Part shown: in pieces, positions 51,188 through 64,000 of the stretch | Position numbering within the stretch: the first letter of the stretch is position 1 | Layout of the letters: the number at the start of each line of letters is the position of its first letter | Assembly (NCBI GenBank): GCA_014905635.1 | Contig: JABVCE010000033.1 | Span: forward strand, 62,001 to 126,000 | Origin: Scenedesmus sp. PABB004 | Taxonomy: Eukaryota | DNA length: 64,000 bases | Direction: 5' to 3' | The notes under the pieces: model-generated | Seen by the model: the letters and a program-made list of their open reading frames with translations, nothing else | What the model was told of the DNA's origin: nothing | Databases searched by the model: none | Program-made: the position numbers and the translations under genes

Positions 51188-51915
51188 CGCCTGGCGGGCG
51201 GTCGGTGGGCGGCATGCGCAAGGCGGGCCGGGGGCGTCAGGCAGGGGCCCGCACGCCGCGCGGCGCGGCCCATCGGTCGGCACACTAATGAAATGCTGCA
51301 CCACCGGCCGCCCCCGACGCGCGGCGCGAGTTTGCGAGGGTGGGAGCAGCGGGGGATGGGGCCGTGCGGGGGACCCCCGCTGCCCGAGCCCGCGGGCCGC
51401 CCGCTGGCGCCGCGGCGCGCGGGTGGCGTCTCCGGGCTCCCTGGCGCCCGGGTCCGTCCCAAAGGCGCAACCCCCGCACCTGGGCGCGCGCCGCGGGGCC
51501 GGTCCCAGAGCTCCGACGCCGTTCGCGGCCTCGCCGCTGCCCGCGCGCTGGCCCAGGGCGCTGTATGAACGGTGCCGATCGGATCCCGGCGCCCTGCGAC
51601 CGCGCTGCAAAGGTGTGGCGCGCCACGCTGCGTCCGCAATCCGCGCGTCCGCAATCCGCGCGCCGTGTGCTGCCCGTTGACGGTCCCACGGCGCTTGCTT
51701 GTGCTCGACAGCGGCGGGAGCGCCCGGCGGACGGCGCCCGAGCGAGCAAGCCCGGACCTCGCACCCCTGCACCCCACCGCCGCTGACCCGCAAGACCCCA
51801 GCCTGCAGGCGCCACCCGACCGCGTATCACGGGCTGAGCACGCAGGTGGAGCGGCCGCGGCACGCGCTGCGCCGCTGCGCCGCGAACGCAGCTGTCGCCG
51901 CGCCGCCGCGCCGCG

Positions 51916-54900
51916 ATGGCGGACGACGACGAGTGCTACGCGCCGAGCGTCATCATAGTGCCCGCCGGCGGCGGATGCGTGCCCGACCACGCCCACTGCA
52001 GCGGTGCGCCGCTGCTGCTGCGCGCCGGCCGGCGGTCAGCGGCCGGCGCGGGGGCGGCTCCCGCCACACACACTCACCGCCCGCACGCCGCAGGCTGCGG
52101 CAGCCCCGTGCGGCGGCGGAGCAGCCCCGCGACGGCGCCGCCGGCGGCGCGGGCCGACAACTACCTCGCGCGCGGCGGGCAGCGCGCGGCCGAGCGCGAC
52201 GCGGCCGCCCGGGCGGCGGCGAGCAGCCAGGCGGCGGTCAAGGACCTGAGGGTCGCCAACGTGACGCTCGCGCGCGAGCTGGTGCGGGCGCAGGCGCGCG
52301 GCGGCGAGGTGAGGGCGCGCGGCCGGCGCGCCGCCGCACCCGCGCGCCGGCGGCGGCGCCAGGCCGCCCCGGCGAGCCGGCCGGCCCATGCGCGCGCCGC
52401 CGCTGCGGCGCGCAGGAGCGCCGCGCACTGCGCGATGAGGTGGCCAGGCTCGAGCTGCTGGCGCAGGCGCAGGGGGACAGGCTGGTGCGCGGCGCGGCGC
52501 GCGGCGGCGCTGCGCCGGCCGGGGTCCGCGGCGGGCGCTTCAGGCGCCGCCGACGCGCGGCCGCGCTCCCCCGCGCCAACACAGGAGCTGCTGGAGGGCC
52601 AGCTGGCGGGCGCGCACAAGCAGATCGACGCGGCCGAGGCGCGGCACGCGGCGCGGCTCAAGGAGGTGGCGCGCAGGTGCGGGCGGCGGCACGCAGCGCC
52701 GCGGCGCGCGGCCGGGGCGCCGGGGCCGGGGACGGCGCGGCGGAGCAGCGCGCCGGCGCCTTGCGCGGCGCCCCAGCGGAGCCGGCCGCCCCGCTGCTGC
52801 AGGCTGAAGGAGGAGCACCTGGCCAAGCTCAGGCCGCTGCAGGAGGCGCACGACCAGCTGCTGGGCGAGCTCACGGCGCGGCGCGAGGACGGCGGCCAGC
52901 TGCGCGCCACGCGCGAGCAGGCCGCAAAGCTGGCATCGCGGTGAGCCGCGGCGGCAGCCGTGCCGCCGCGCCGCCGCGGGCGGCTGGCGGCCGCCGGCGC
53001 TGACGGCGGGCGCGCGCGGCGCCGCGGCCGCCCAGGCTGGAGATGGAGTCGGCCGGCCGCGCGGAGCTCTGGGAGCGCTGCAGCGGGCTGGAGCAGGAGC
53101 TGCGCGCCGCGCAGGCGCGCGGCGACGCGGCCACCAAAGCGCTGAAGCAGGCGACGCTGCAGCTGGGTGCGGCGAGGGGCGGCGCGGCGCGGCGCGGCGC
53201 GGCGCGGGACGGGACGGCGCTCATGCGTTGCCCGCCGCACGCGGCCGCAGAGCACACCACGAGGGCTGGCAAGCAGCTGGCGGCCTGCGAGGAGGCGCTG
53301 CAGGCGGAGCGCGTGGCCCACAGCCGGCAGCAGGCGGACGCGGCGCTGGAGCGCAGCGCCGCGGCCGCGCTGCGGGTGCGGCGGCGTCGGCGGGCGGACC
53401 GTCGCGCCGCGGCCCCGGCGCGGCCCGCGCTCACCCGGGTGCTGGCGTGCCGCGCTCGCGCAGGCCGAGGTGGACCGGCTGGGGCGCGAGCTGGCGGCGC
53501 TGCTCACGCGCGCCGAGGCGAGCGACGCGGAGCGCGCCGCGCTCAAGGTCGCGCTGTCAGACGCGCGGGAGGCGGCCGAGGACGCCGCCGTGCAGGTGCG
53601 CGGCGCAAACGCCCGGGCGGAGCGGCTGGAGGGCGAGCTCGCGGCCGTGAGGTGAGGCGCCGGTCGCGCGGGCGTGCTGGCCAGGGAGGGCTTGCCTGCT
53701 GCAGGCGCTGACGCGGCACGACACTCCCCGCGCCCCGCACGCTGTGCCCGTAGGCAGGAGGCGACCGTCCAGGCCGCCAGCCTCCGTGCCCAGGCGTCGG
53801 CGCGCGAGGAGCGGCTCGCGGCGCAGGCGGCCAGCCGCGCGGCGGCGCTGCAGAGCGAGCTGGACGCCAGCCGGGGCGCGGCGGCCGACTGCAACGCCGC
53901 GCTCGCGGCGGCGCGGGCCGAGGTCACGCGGCTCGGCGGCCAGGTCGAGGGCCTGCGCCACGTCGGCGACGCAGCCGGCGCGCAGCTGGCCGCGGCGCAG
54001 GCGCGCACCGAGCAGCTCGCGAGCCAGGCAGCGGAGCTGGCGGCGGCCCTGGCGGCGGCGCAGGCCGAGGGCCTGCGCAAGGACGCGGCGCTCGCGGAGG
54101 CGGCCGCGTCGGCGCACAGCGCGGCCGGCGCGGCGGCGCAGGAGCGGCAGGAGCTGCAGGAGGTCGCGGCGCGCTGGCGCCTCAAGGTGGCGGAGCTGCA
54201 GGAGGAGGTGCGGCCGACCGCGGCGGCCGGGGGTCGCCCCCGCAGCTCTCGCTCTCATAGCTGGGGCTGCTGCGGGCGCGCGCCCAGACCGCCGCGGCGG
54301 GCGCCGCGACCGCCCCGCAGCTTGAGGCGCGCGCGGCGGCGGCGGCGTCCGAGTCCGAGGTGTGCGCCAAGGAGGCCGCGGCGGCGCGCAAGGAGGCGGC
54401 CCGGCTGCAGCTCGAGCTCGACGCGAGCGCCGCGGAGCTCGCGGCGGTGCGCAAGCAGCTCGCGGGCGCGGAGGAGGCGCACAGCGCCGCGGCGCGGCGG
54501 CAGAGCGCGCTGCTGTCGCAGTGGGAGGAGCGCGACCGCGGCAGCGCCGACGAGCTCGCGGGCCTGAGGTGTGCGGGGCGGCGGCGGCCGCGTGCGCGCC
54601 CCTGCCGCAGGCGCTGGCGCCCACGCCGCTGCGCGCCTCCCGCTGTGCCCGCGCGCAGGTCCAAGCTGGCGCAGGTGATGGAGGCGGCCGAGGCGGGCGC
54701 GGCTGAAGTGGACGGCCTGCGCGCCGCGCTCCGGGGCCGGGCTCGCGAGCTGGAGGAGGCGACGCTCGCGCTCCGCGACGAGCAGGCGCGCGTGTCGGCG
54801 CTGCGCGACGCCCTCGGCCAGGCGGAGGCGTCCAAGGCGGCCGAGGTCGACGCGCGGCTGCGCAGCGTGCAGGAGCTGTCGGCGGCGCTGTCGGCCGAGC

Positions 54901-55510
54901 AGCAGGCGCGGCTCGAGGTCACGCTGGAGCTGCAGCGCTGCCGCAAGAAGCAGGCCACGGTCGAGGGCCAGCTGCAGCAGCAGAGGCGCGGCGCGCGGCG
55001 CGCGGGGCGCAGGGGCAGGGGTGGTTCAGTCGGCCGGCCGGCACGCGAGCCTGTGCCAACCCGCGCCGCCGCCGCCGCCGCCGCGCCGTCGGTGTGCGCA
55101 GGATCAAGACGCTGTCGCAGGTGGTGGAGGCCAAGGCGCAGTCGGACGCGGCGGCCGCGAGCGCGGCGGCGGCGGGCGCGGCAGACCGCCGGGCCAAGGC
55201 GTATGAGAGCGCGGCGATGCTGGGCGAGCACGAGGCCTGGGTGCAGGGCATGCTGGCCAGGAAGGCCGGCGGCGGCGGCGGCGGTGGCGGCGGCGCCTCG
55301 CCGGGCCCGGCCTCGCCCCGCGGCGCGCTGCTGGCGCCGCCCAGCCCCGCGGCCCCGCGCCGCCCGGGCGCGGCGGCGCTGGAGCGCGGCGGCGAGCCGG
55401 GCAGCCCAGGCGGCGGCGCGGCCGATGACGAGCGGCTGGAGCGGGTGGACCGCATCGCCGCGCTGCTCGAGGGCCGCGGTGCTGGTCGGCAGCCTGGCAG
55501 CGCGCTGTAA
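51916..55510 (+). CDS. Long coiled-coil protein, about 10 exons, function unknown
   Basis: Heptad A/E/L/Q/R-rich exons (LRDEVARLELLAQ, LKEEHLAKLRPLQEAHDQL, ELQEVAARWRLKVAELQEE) with GT..CAG introns; stop TAA at 55510. Confidence 0.65.
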
Positions 55511-55853
55511 GAGCCTGTTACCCGTTCTCTCATAAGCCGCAGCACTGCCACGCCGCCGACAATCCCCTGCGCCGCGCCGCGCTGACAAAGGGCAACCCCA
55601 TGACCGCACACACCCGCGCCGCCGCCCCACGCCGCAATCCACGCCGCCGCGCCAATCAGGCGCCGCGGCCGCGCGTGGGTGGGGGCGCAGGCGCGCCCCC
55701 ACCTGGCGGCTGGTCTGTCTGTACACGCCGCCGCCTTGCTGTGTCGTTGCGGGCGGCGGCAATTGCCGCCGCGCGCGCTGCGCTGCCGCCCCGCCCCCCC
55801 CCCCGCCCCGCCGGCCGCCTCCCCACGCGCCCCGCGCGCCGCAGGCGCGTCGA

Positions 55854-58800
55854 TCAATACACGTGCGCCAGCACCGCGTCGCACGCGGCGCGGAACTGCT
55901 CCGTCGCGGCGGCGCTCATGTCGCGCGGCGCGCTCGCGCGGTTGCGGAAGAACGCCAGCGCTGCGGCGGCGCGACGCGCGGCGCGGCGGGTCGTTCAAGC
56001 GCGTGCGTCAGCGCGCGCGCGCGGCGGCGCGGCGCGGCGCGTCACTCGAGCGCGCACGCGCGCGCGCGCCGCGGCGCGCGCACCTGCCGCGCCCACGGCG
56101 GCGGCCTCGACCTCCTCCGCCTTGGGCCCCGGGTTGCCCGTGAGCAGCATGGAGCAGAGCTTGTCCAGGTGGTACTCGACAGCACTGTGGGTGTGTGTGT
56201 GTGAGAGAGATAGAGAGAGAGAGAGGTGAATGAAGAGATCAGGTGGGAGGCGGTCAGTGCGTGTGAGGGGAGCGCGTGAGGAATGCGCGGCGGGGCCGCA
56301 GCCGCGGCGGGGCCGCGCCGCGCCGCCCCCTGGCCGGCGGCGCGCCCGCCGCGCCCGCCGCCTCGCCTGCGCACGGCGAGGCTGATGGCGGGCTTGTGGC
56401 CATTGACGCTCATGTAGGTCGACCCGTACGTCGACGTGCCCGGGCGCGCGAGCCTGGCGCGCGCCGGCGGCGGCGGCGGCGGCGCGGCGGCGGGGTGAGC
56501 GCACCGCGGCAGCGCAGCCACGCCGGCCCCGCCCTTGAGCCCCCCGCCCCTCGCGAGGCCGCGCCGCCCGCCCGCCGCGCACCCGCTCTTGGCCAGGATG
56601 TCATCCAGAATGGCGGCCTGGCCGGGCGCGGCGGCGGCGGTGGCGGCGGCGGCGGGGCGCGGGGCGGGGCGTCGCGCGTGCGCCGTGGCGCGGCGGCAGC
56701 GCCGCGCGCGGGCGCGGCAGGCGCCGCCGTCGCCGGCGCGCGCGCCGCCGCACCTTGTTCGTCTGGATCTTGGCCGCCGCCTCGGTCGCCGCCTCGGCGG
56801 CGGCCGAGTCCTGCGTCGGCGGGACGAAGACGAGCGCGCCGACGCCGTCGGCATAGGTCTGCGCGACGCGTGCGTGCGTGCGTCACGGCGGTGAGCGAGT
56901 GCGGGCGCGCGTTAGGGCGCGCGCGCGCGGGCTGGCGCAGCCGTGCGGCGGGCGCCCCGCCCCGCGGCTCTCGCCTGCGTGATGGCCTGCGTGCACGCCG
57001 CCTTGAGCTGCTCCGCCGCCTCGGGCGACAGCGACGCGAGCTTGCCGCACTCGGCGTACCTGCGCGGTGCAGGGTTGAGGGCGGCGGCGGGGCTCAGGCC
57101 CGGGGCGTGCGCCGCGCGCGCGCGGGGCCCTCGCTGCCCCACCCCACCTCGCGCGGAGGAAGGCCCCCGCGACGGCGCCAAACGCGGCGGCGATCGACGT
57201 CGACGGCTTGGGCCCCGGCGAGCCGAGCAGCAGCGCCTTGAGCACGCGCAGCAGCTGGTGCTCCACCGCCTCGCGCACGGGCAGCGCGACGCGCGGCTTG
57301 TGGCCGTTGACCGAGCGCGTGGTCGAGCCGTAGGGGCTGGACTGGTAGCGCGTGATGCCAGAGTGGGCCAGAATGTCACGCACGACGTCGCCGTAGCAGT
57401 CGCGCAGCGCCTCGTACGCCTCGGTGCGCGCCGCCTCGGCGCTCGGCCGCGCCGACGCGCCGCCCGCGGCGCCGGCCGCGGCGTCGGCCGCGGCGGCGTC
57501 GCCCGCGCTGCGCGCGAACGACGCGGCCGCGGCGGCGGCCGCGGCGGCGGCCGACGCGGAGCTCGCGGCCGCCGCGGCGCCGGAGGTAAGGCCCATCATG
57601 CGCTGGAAGAGCAGCTGCAGCGTCTGCGGGGCCACGCACAGAAACACACACACGCGCGCGCGCGTGTGAGCCCACGTGAGCCCCGCGCGCGGCGCGCCGC
57701 GCGCGCTGCGCGTGCCGTGCGCGCGCGCGCGCGCAGGGGCAGCGCCGCGCCTGGTCGTCGGAGCAGACGCGCGAGTACGCGGGGCGGGAGCTGATGGCCG
57801 CAAACCACGCGGCGGTGCGGGGGTGGTCGGGGCTGCAGCGCAGCTCAAAGCCGCGGAACTTGGGCAGGCCTGGCGCGGGGCGGCGGGGTGGTGAGCGCGG
57901 TGCGCGGCGGGCGTTGCGGTCAAAGCGCGGGCGCGGCGGGCGTTGCGGTCAAAGCGCGGGCGCGGCGAACCGCGGGCACGCCCCATCACGCACCCGCGGC
58001 GAGGCGCTCCATGGAGCTGGCGCGCGGCGGCGGCGGCAGCGGCGGCGGGTCAGTGGGCGCGGCGACTCCGCGCTGATGCGCTGCGGTGCTACGCTATGAA
58101 ACAGCTAACAGCGTTACGTGGCGTGTTACGTAACGGCGTGCCGCACCTGATCATCATGACGTCAAGCAGGCTGAACTCCTCGCCGAGCAGGTACGGCCCG
58201 CCCGCGTGGCGGGACAGCGCGGTGCCCTCGAACCACGCCAGCGCGGCCGTCCACGCGGCCTCGAGCGCGTCGAGGTCGGGCGGCGGCGCGCCGGCGGCGG
58301 CGGCGTCGGCGTTGCGGCCGATCATGCGCCCCGCGGTCATGTAGGCGTAGCCCGCCTGGGGGGGAGGGCGAGGGCCGCGCCGCGGCGCGGGCGGCGCGTG
58401 CGCGTGACCAGGCCAGTGAGCGAGCGCGCGCGCCGGGGAGCGCGGGCGCGCAGCAGAGGCTGCCCTGCACCAGCAGAGCGCGCCGCGCCAGCTGCCCCGG
58501 GGAGCTGCTGCCCCGCGCACCTTGTCGAGGCCGGCGCCCTCCAGCTCGACCAGGAAGTCCAGCGCCTGGGCCCCACCGCGGCGGAGACGGCAGCAGCGCG
58601 GCGGCGGCGGCGGCGGCGGCGGCGGGCGGCGGCGGGCGGCGTCGGCACACGTGCGCGCGCGCGAGCGTCGGCCGCGCCCGCCGCGCGCAGCGGTCACACG
58701 GCCGCCGCGTGCCCGCGCACCGCCTGCTTCTCCGCCTCGTCCGTGGGCAGCAGCGGCGGCGCCTGGGGGAAGCGCTCCTCCAGCGCCAGCAAGATATCCT

Positions 58801-59999
58801 TGCTCTGCGCAGCGGCGCGGCAGCGGCGGTGGCACGGCCAGCGCGGTCGGCGCCGGGCGGGCGCGCGGCGCGGCGGGTCCCTGGCCAGTGGCTGGCGGGG
58901 CCCTGACGGCTGGCGCCGAACCCCGCGCACCTCCCACACGATGCTGCCGTCCTCGGTGAAGGCCTGGCCGGCCGCGGCGCGGCGCGCGCAGCGCGCGGTG
59001 AGCAGCGGCGGGCAGGCACGCACAGCAAGCGGCGGGCAGCACGCGGCGCCTGGCCGCACGCGCCGCGCGCTGCAACGTGCGGCGGGCAGCGCGGCGCGGT
59101 GCGCGCACCACGGAGGGCACAAGCGAGGTGGGGACCAGCTCCTTGTACCAGTCGGGCTTGTTGTAGAGCTGCGGCGCAGCGCGCGGCGCGGCGAGCGTGT
59201 GGGCGCGCGCGCCTGCCGCACGCTCTGCTGGCCGCCTCTGCGCAGCCCCCCAGCCCGCTGCTGCTGCTGCTGCCGGTCGCCGCCCTGGCTGCCGCCCTGG
59301 CTGCCGCCCTGGCTGCCGCCGCCGCGCTGCCAGGCCCGGGGGCCGCACCTCGATCAGCACGCAGTCGTAGGGAATCTGCTTCTCTTCGAGCGCCAGCCAC
59401 ACCTGTGCCGCGCAGCGCCGCGGGGCCCTCAGCGCTGCGCTGCGCTGCGCTGCCCGCGACGCGGCCCCACCACGGTGGCCGGCCCCCGCCGCGGCGGCTC
59501 GCGGGCGGACGCGCCGCGGCGGACGCACCCGCTCGCAGAAGGGGCACCAGGCGTTGGTGTCGCGCACGAGGACGACCGGCTTGTCGCTGCGCTTGAGCGA
59601 GTCGGGCCGCGTCGGCAGCGTGCTCGTCGGCGCCGCGCTCGGCGCCTGCCCCGGGCGCAGCTGGTAGCCCTCCAGCACCTGCGCGCCCGCCCGCCGGCAG
59701 CGACGGGGCAGCAGCGTCGCGGCGCGGTGCGGTGCGGAGCGCGGGCGGCGCGCCGCGCGCACCGCTAGCTCCGACGCGGCGGGCCAGCCGTCGTCCGGGG
59801 TCTTGAGCACGTCCCACACGATGCTGCCGTCGTCGTCAATGGACAGCGACTCCAGCGCCGCCGCGCGCAGGGGCGCAGGGCCCGCGCGGCGCCGCGCACG
59901 CGCAGCAGCGCCGGCAGCAGCCGGCCGTGCCGCGGTGCAGGGCGCGGCCCGCCCGCCCGCGTGGAGGCGCCGCAGCGGCGCGCGCGTGGCCCGGAGCAT
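55854..59999 (-). CDS. Plastid-targeted Cys-type glutathione transferase (Iota-class-like) with a duplicated C-terminal domain
   Basis: Transit-like N-terminus; VLVRDTNAWCPFCER|VWLALEEKQIPY, YNKPDWY..LVP, WE|SKDIL, GPYLLGEEFSLLD, SMERLAA|GLPKFRG, WFAAISSRPAY; terminal ALAFFRNRASAPRDMSAAATEQFRAAC..*. Confidence 0.8.
57902..57967. repeat. 29-bp direct tandem repeat (about 2.3 copies) in a GST intron
   Basis: gcgcggcgggcgttgcggtcaaagcgcgg at 57902 and 57931. Confidence 0.85.
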
Positions 60000-60312
60000 T
60001 GCGCCGGGGGCGTGCGCAGCGGCCGAGCAGTCGGGCCTTCTCGATCCGCCTGACGGGCCTCCTCCTCGCCCGGGGCGCGCGTGCGGCTGGCGCGGGCTGT
60101 GGCGAGCGAGGCAGGTGGGGAGGGAGCGCGGGGGCACGACTGCAGGGGAATCGGACCGCAGACGCGGCGGCGCCGAGGAGCAGGGTTTGGCCGCTGCGGC
60201 GCGCACGGTGCCGCCGCGTCGGGGCCGCCGCGCGGCGGGCCGGCGCAAGCGGGGTCACACAGCGCGGCGCGGCGCCGCCGCCACCGGCTCGGGGTCGCCC
60301 GCCGCGGCCCGT

Positions 60313-62341
60313 TCACGTGTCCGCGGGCGCGGGCGCGGGTCCGAACTCGGCGCGCGCGGCGGCCCACCACGCGGCCTTGCGGCGCGCAAACTCGCCGAGG
60401 CGCGTGTGCGCAAAGGCCATGTAGTCAAAGTCGATTGGGCTGTACGCGGCCTGCAGCAGCGCCCAGACGCCCCAGTAGAGGTGGCTCGCGAGCGCCCACG
60501 CGTTGGCCTCGGCCGCGAGCGCGCGCGCGGTCGCGGCCGGCAGCGGCGCCGGCGCCGCCTCGCCCGGCGGTGACAAGTAGTGCCGCCAGAACAGCTCCTG
60601 CTCCTCCGGCGCGGCCGGGTAGCTGCGTGCGGGTGGCGCGGCGGGGGCGCGGGCGGGCCGTGCCTCGTGCGCGCGGGTGGTCGCGAGCGCGGCGGCGCCG
60701 GCGGCGGGCCAAGCTGGCCAGCACACGCGCGCGGCGGGGGCGCGGGCGCGGCGCGCGCTGCTGTCCCACGCACCGCGTGTAGTCGCCCTCAAAGCCGGCG
60801 TACTCGGTGAAGTGGTTGCCGATGTCAAAGCCGCGGCTCGTGTAGCCGCCGTACTCATAGTCAATGAACGCGAGCGGGCCAGACACGTCCGGCGCCTGCG
60901 GCGGACAGCGCACGCGGCAGCAGCGCGCGGCTGGCTCACGCGCGCGGCTGGCCGGCCCGCCGTGGCGCGGCACGTGAGCGCGTGCGCCCGAGGACGGCGC
61001 CGCGGCGCCTGCGAGGACGGCTCCGCGCGCCTGGGGGTCGAATCCGGGGCGCTGCAGTATGAGTATGTTGCCAGACAGCAGGTCGTTGTGCCCAAACACG
61101 GGCGGGCTGCGCGTGAGCGCGCACACCGCCTCCGCCTCGGCGACGTCGGCCGACAGCGCGGCGAGGTCCACGCGCTCAAACGCGGCCTGCGGCGACGTGC
61201 GCGGGGCGCGGCGCTGTCGCCTCGGGGCCGCCCGTGTGCGGGCGGCGGCCGAGCGCGCCGCCGCGGCGCCCGCGCGCGCGCGGCGCCGCCCCCGCCGCGC
61301 GCCTGCTTGGCGGGTTCGCTGAAGCGCGGCAGCGCCCGGGCCTGCGCGAGCCAGTCGGCGATGACGCCCCACGGCGTGCGCGGCGACCGGCTGGGCAGCG
61401 GCACGTCGAGCGCGTGGAAGCAGCGCAGCTGGCGGGCGATGCGGGGAATGAGCGCGGGGCTGCACATGTCCTGCGCGGCGGGGGTGGGGGTGGTGTGGGC
61501 GGGGGCGGCGGGGTCGGCGGCCCGACCTGGCAAGCTGGCTGGCGGCCGGCGCGCGAGGCGGCAACGCGCCTGCGGCGTGATGCCGGCACAGTGCAGCCAC
61601 TCCTCGATGCGGCCGTTGGCGAACAGCGCGAGCACCTGCGCGGCGAGCGGGTGCTACGTGGCGCCGCCGCCGCCGGCGTTGCCGCCCACCGCGAGCTGCC
61701 CCCGCCGCGCACGCGCCTTGGGCCCAAAGCCCTGCCCGCCCAGCGCGACCACGACCACGCGCTCCGCCGCGCGATCGACGAGCAGCTCGGTCTTGTCGCC
61801 AAACACCTGCCGGCCGCGGCGGTGCCCAGGTCACGGCAGGCGGCGGCGGCGTCGGCGGCGGCGGCGGCGGCGGGGCGCAGCCCCGGCCCCCGCCCGCTCG
61901 CGGCGCTGGCCCCGGCCGCGCCGCGCCTTGAACATCACTGGCGCCAGGCCGAGCGCCGGGCGCGGCGCGAGCTTGGCGTTGATGTTTGAGATGCCCCCGC
62001 TCACGGTGCTAAACTGCAGCGCAGTTCAGCAGCTCAGCGGGCGGCGCGGCGGCGCGCGCCCGCGCGCGCTCGGCGGCGCCGCGGCGCCCCGGCTGCTCGT
62101 CGCGCGCCGCTGGCTGCAGGCCGAGGGGCAGGGCCCCGCCCGGCCGGCCGCAGGCGCCGCGCCGCACCTCGACGTCGGCCTCGCCGACGCCGGCCCAGCC
62201 GGGCAGCGCTGCGCGGCAGATGGCCAGCATCTGCGCGTGCGCTGCGTCCCGCCCCGCCGCCAGCGACACGGAATCGTCCAGGAGAACTGGATGGTGCTGC
62301 TGCTGCAGCGCCGGCGGCGCCGGCGGCGCCGCCACGGCCAT
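60313..62341 (-). CDS. Ethanolamine/choline kinase, 8 exons
   Basis: SGGISNIN, FK|VFGDKTELLVDR, FANGRIEEW, Brenner motif VFGHNDLLSGNIL, FIDYEYG..RGFDIGNHFTEYAG, SHLYWGVWALLQAAYSPIDFDY. Confidence 0.93.
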
Positions 62342-62834
62342 GCGGCAGCGGCGGCGCGCGGCGGGCGGCGGTGTGGTGCGGTCGCGGGATGGCGCTCAGG
62401 AGCAAGCACAGGCTTGAGGGAGGCTGGGAGGTCGCGGTGGGCCGGCTGAACAAGCGGGAGCGCGGCCCTGGGCGCGGCTACAAGGCGTTGTTAGATGCCA
62501 CGGCGCCTGAACCGCGCCCTGAACCGTCAGAGCGGGCCGCCAAGCGCGCAGAGCGGCGTACTGCGATCCGCACGGGCTGTTCTGGTGTGCGGCGTGGCTC
62601 AGGGCGCGGGCCGGCGCAGCCCGCTGCTGCTGCCGCGGTGTGCGCCGCCACCCGGCCGGCGCCGTCCGGGCCGTCCGCGCGTTACCCGGCCCGCGCGCGC
62701 TGCCGCACGGTGCTGCTCCTGCAGCGCCGCCGCCGCACGCCGGGTCCCGCCCGCGCTCCGGGTCCCGCCGCCGCTCCCGCCCGCTCCCGCCGCTGCTCAC
62801 GCTTCCGGCTCCCCGCGTCCGCTGCTGCTGCTGC

Positions 62835-63898
62835 TCACGAGTCCGTGATGATGAGCTCCTTGAGCGCCCAGTCCTCGTAGCTGCGGGGAAAAGGAGGAGG
62901 GGGGGGGGCAGCAGCGTGGCGGCGCGTCAGCAGCAGCCGGCGAGCGCGCGCCGCGTGTGAGCTCGCCGCGCCGCATCGCGCCGTGCCGGAGCGGCCGGCC
63001 GGCTGGCTGGCGCACCTGCCGTCCGGGAGGTACCGGCGGATGGTGAAGGGGATCTTCTTTTCCCGCAGCTCCTTCATCGCGATCTGCGGCGGCGCGGCGG
63101 CGCGCGGGTGGGCGACGATGAGCGGGCGCCGGTGCGCCAGCGCGCCGCGCAGCCGCCTGCCTGCGCGCCGGCCAGCGCCACGCGGGCCGGGCGGCCGCCG
63201 CGGGCGCCGCGCCGCACCTCGAGCGGGTCGGTCTCGTCGCCGGCGTCGACCATGATGGGCGCGTTCATGCTGCGGCGCGGCGCGGCGGCGCCGTCACCCA
63301 CCGCCGCCGGCTCGCCGGCTCGCCGCCGGCCCGCCCCGCCGCCACCGCCGCCGCCGCCCCCGGCGCTGGCGCGCTCGCGCTCGCGCGCACCTGATCTGCA
63401 GCGCGCGCGTGCCGAGCACGCGCGCGCGCTCGTATTTCGTGAGGTATCGCGTCGTCACGCGCTCGGCGACGCTGCGCGCGCGGCCCTCCATGCTGCCGCC
63501 GTCGGCGCCCTCCGCGAGCACCTCCATGCGGTCCTCGCCGTCGCCGCCGTCGTCGTCGCCGCCCTCGCCCGGCTGCGCGCGCGATTGCGCAGCGGCGGCG
63601 TCGGCAAGGCTGCGGCAGCAGCCGGCGGCCGCGGCGCCTGCCTCCCTGGCGCCCAGAAGGCCGCACTGCTGCTGCAGCTGGTCGGCCCCCTGATCCTCGG
63701 GAGCCTCAGCGCCCCCGCACCTCAGCAAAGGGGTCCTCCACGTCGGCGGGCTCGTCGCCGATGTCCATCCCATCCTCGCCCCTGCGGCCGCCGGCGCGGG
63801 TCAACATCTGGGCTCAGGCCGCGCCCCGAGCCGCGCTTGCACGCTCCGACAGCTCCCGCGGCCCCCCCTCACATGCCGCCCTCGTCGTAGTCCGCCAT
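62835..63898 (-). CDS. RPB6: DNA-directed RNA polymerases I/II/III shared subunit RPB6
   Basis: Acidic N-terminus [69 protein letters not shown]. Confidence 0.95.
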
Positions 63899-64000
63899 CG
63901 CCGCCGCCGGCGGCCGCCGCTGCTGCTGCTGCGCCGCCTGGCCGGGCTTCCCGCCGCTGACCGCGCCGCCGCGGGTGCGGCCTAATGGGAGCGCCTGGAG

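Overview
Very GC-rich, gene-dense eukaryotic nuclear DNA. Short GC-rich introns, CTRAC-like branch points, TGTAA-type poly(A) motifs and plastid-type genes point to a chlorophyte green alga (inference). The six-frame ORF track is mostly spurious. Reading through splice sites by eye gives about 21 intron-split genes: an E2 ubiquitin-conjugating enzyme, ACBP4-like ACB+Kelch protein, DENN-domain protein, AGPase large subunit, PEBP protein, CDC6, a very large LEA-like repeat protein, NAPE-PLD-like MBL hydrolase, peroxisomal copper amine oxidase, SLC25A38-like carrier, membrane-anchored SlyD-type FKBP-like protein, NAD-IDH, mitochondrial uS11, a SAND-like protein, a coiled-coil protein, an Iota-type GST, ethanolamine/choline kinase, RPB6 and several hypotheticals. 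The most notable observations are: (1) a very high frequency of AG|GC 5' splice sites (at least 18, including 5 of 7 introns in one gene) with a shifted G(T/C)GCG donor consensus; (2) a symmetric 138-nt intronic hairpin that is a pre-miRNA or foldback candidate; (3) an Iota GST with a tandemly duplicated C-terminal domain; (4) a putative AP2-like plus SAND-like regulator; (5) a TM-FKBP(SlyD-like) fusion. Gene boundaries were derived manually and some 5' ends are uncertain.
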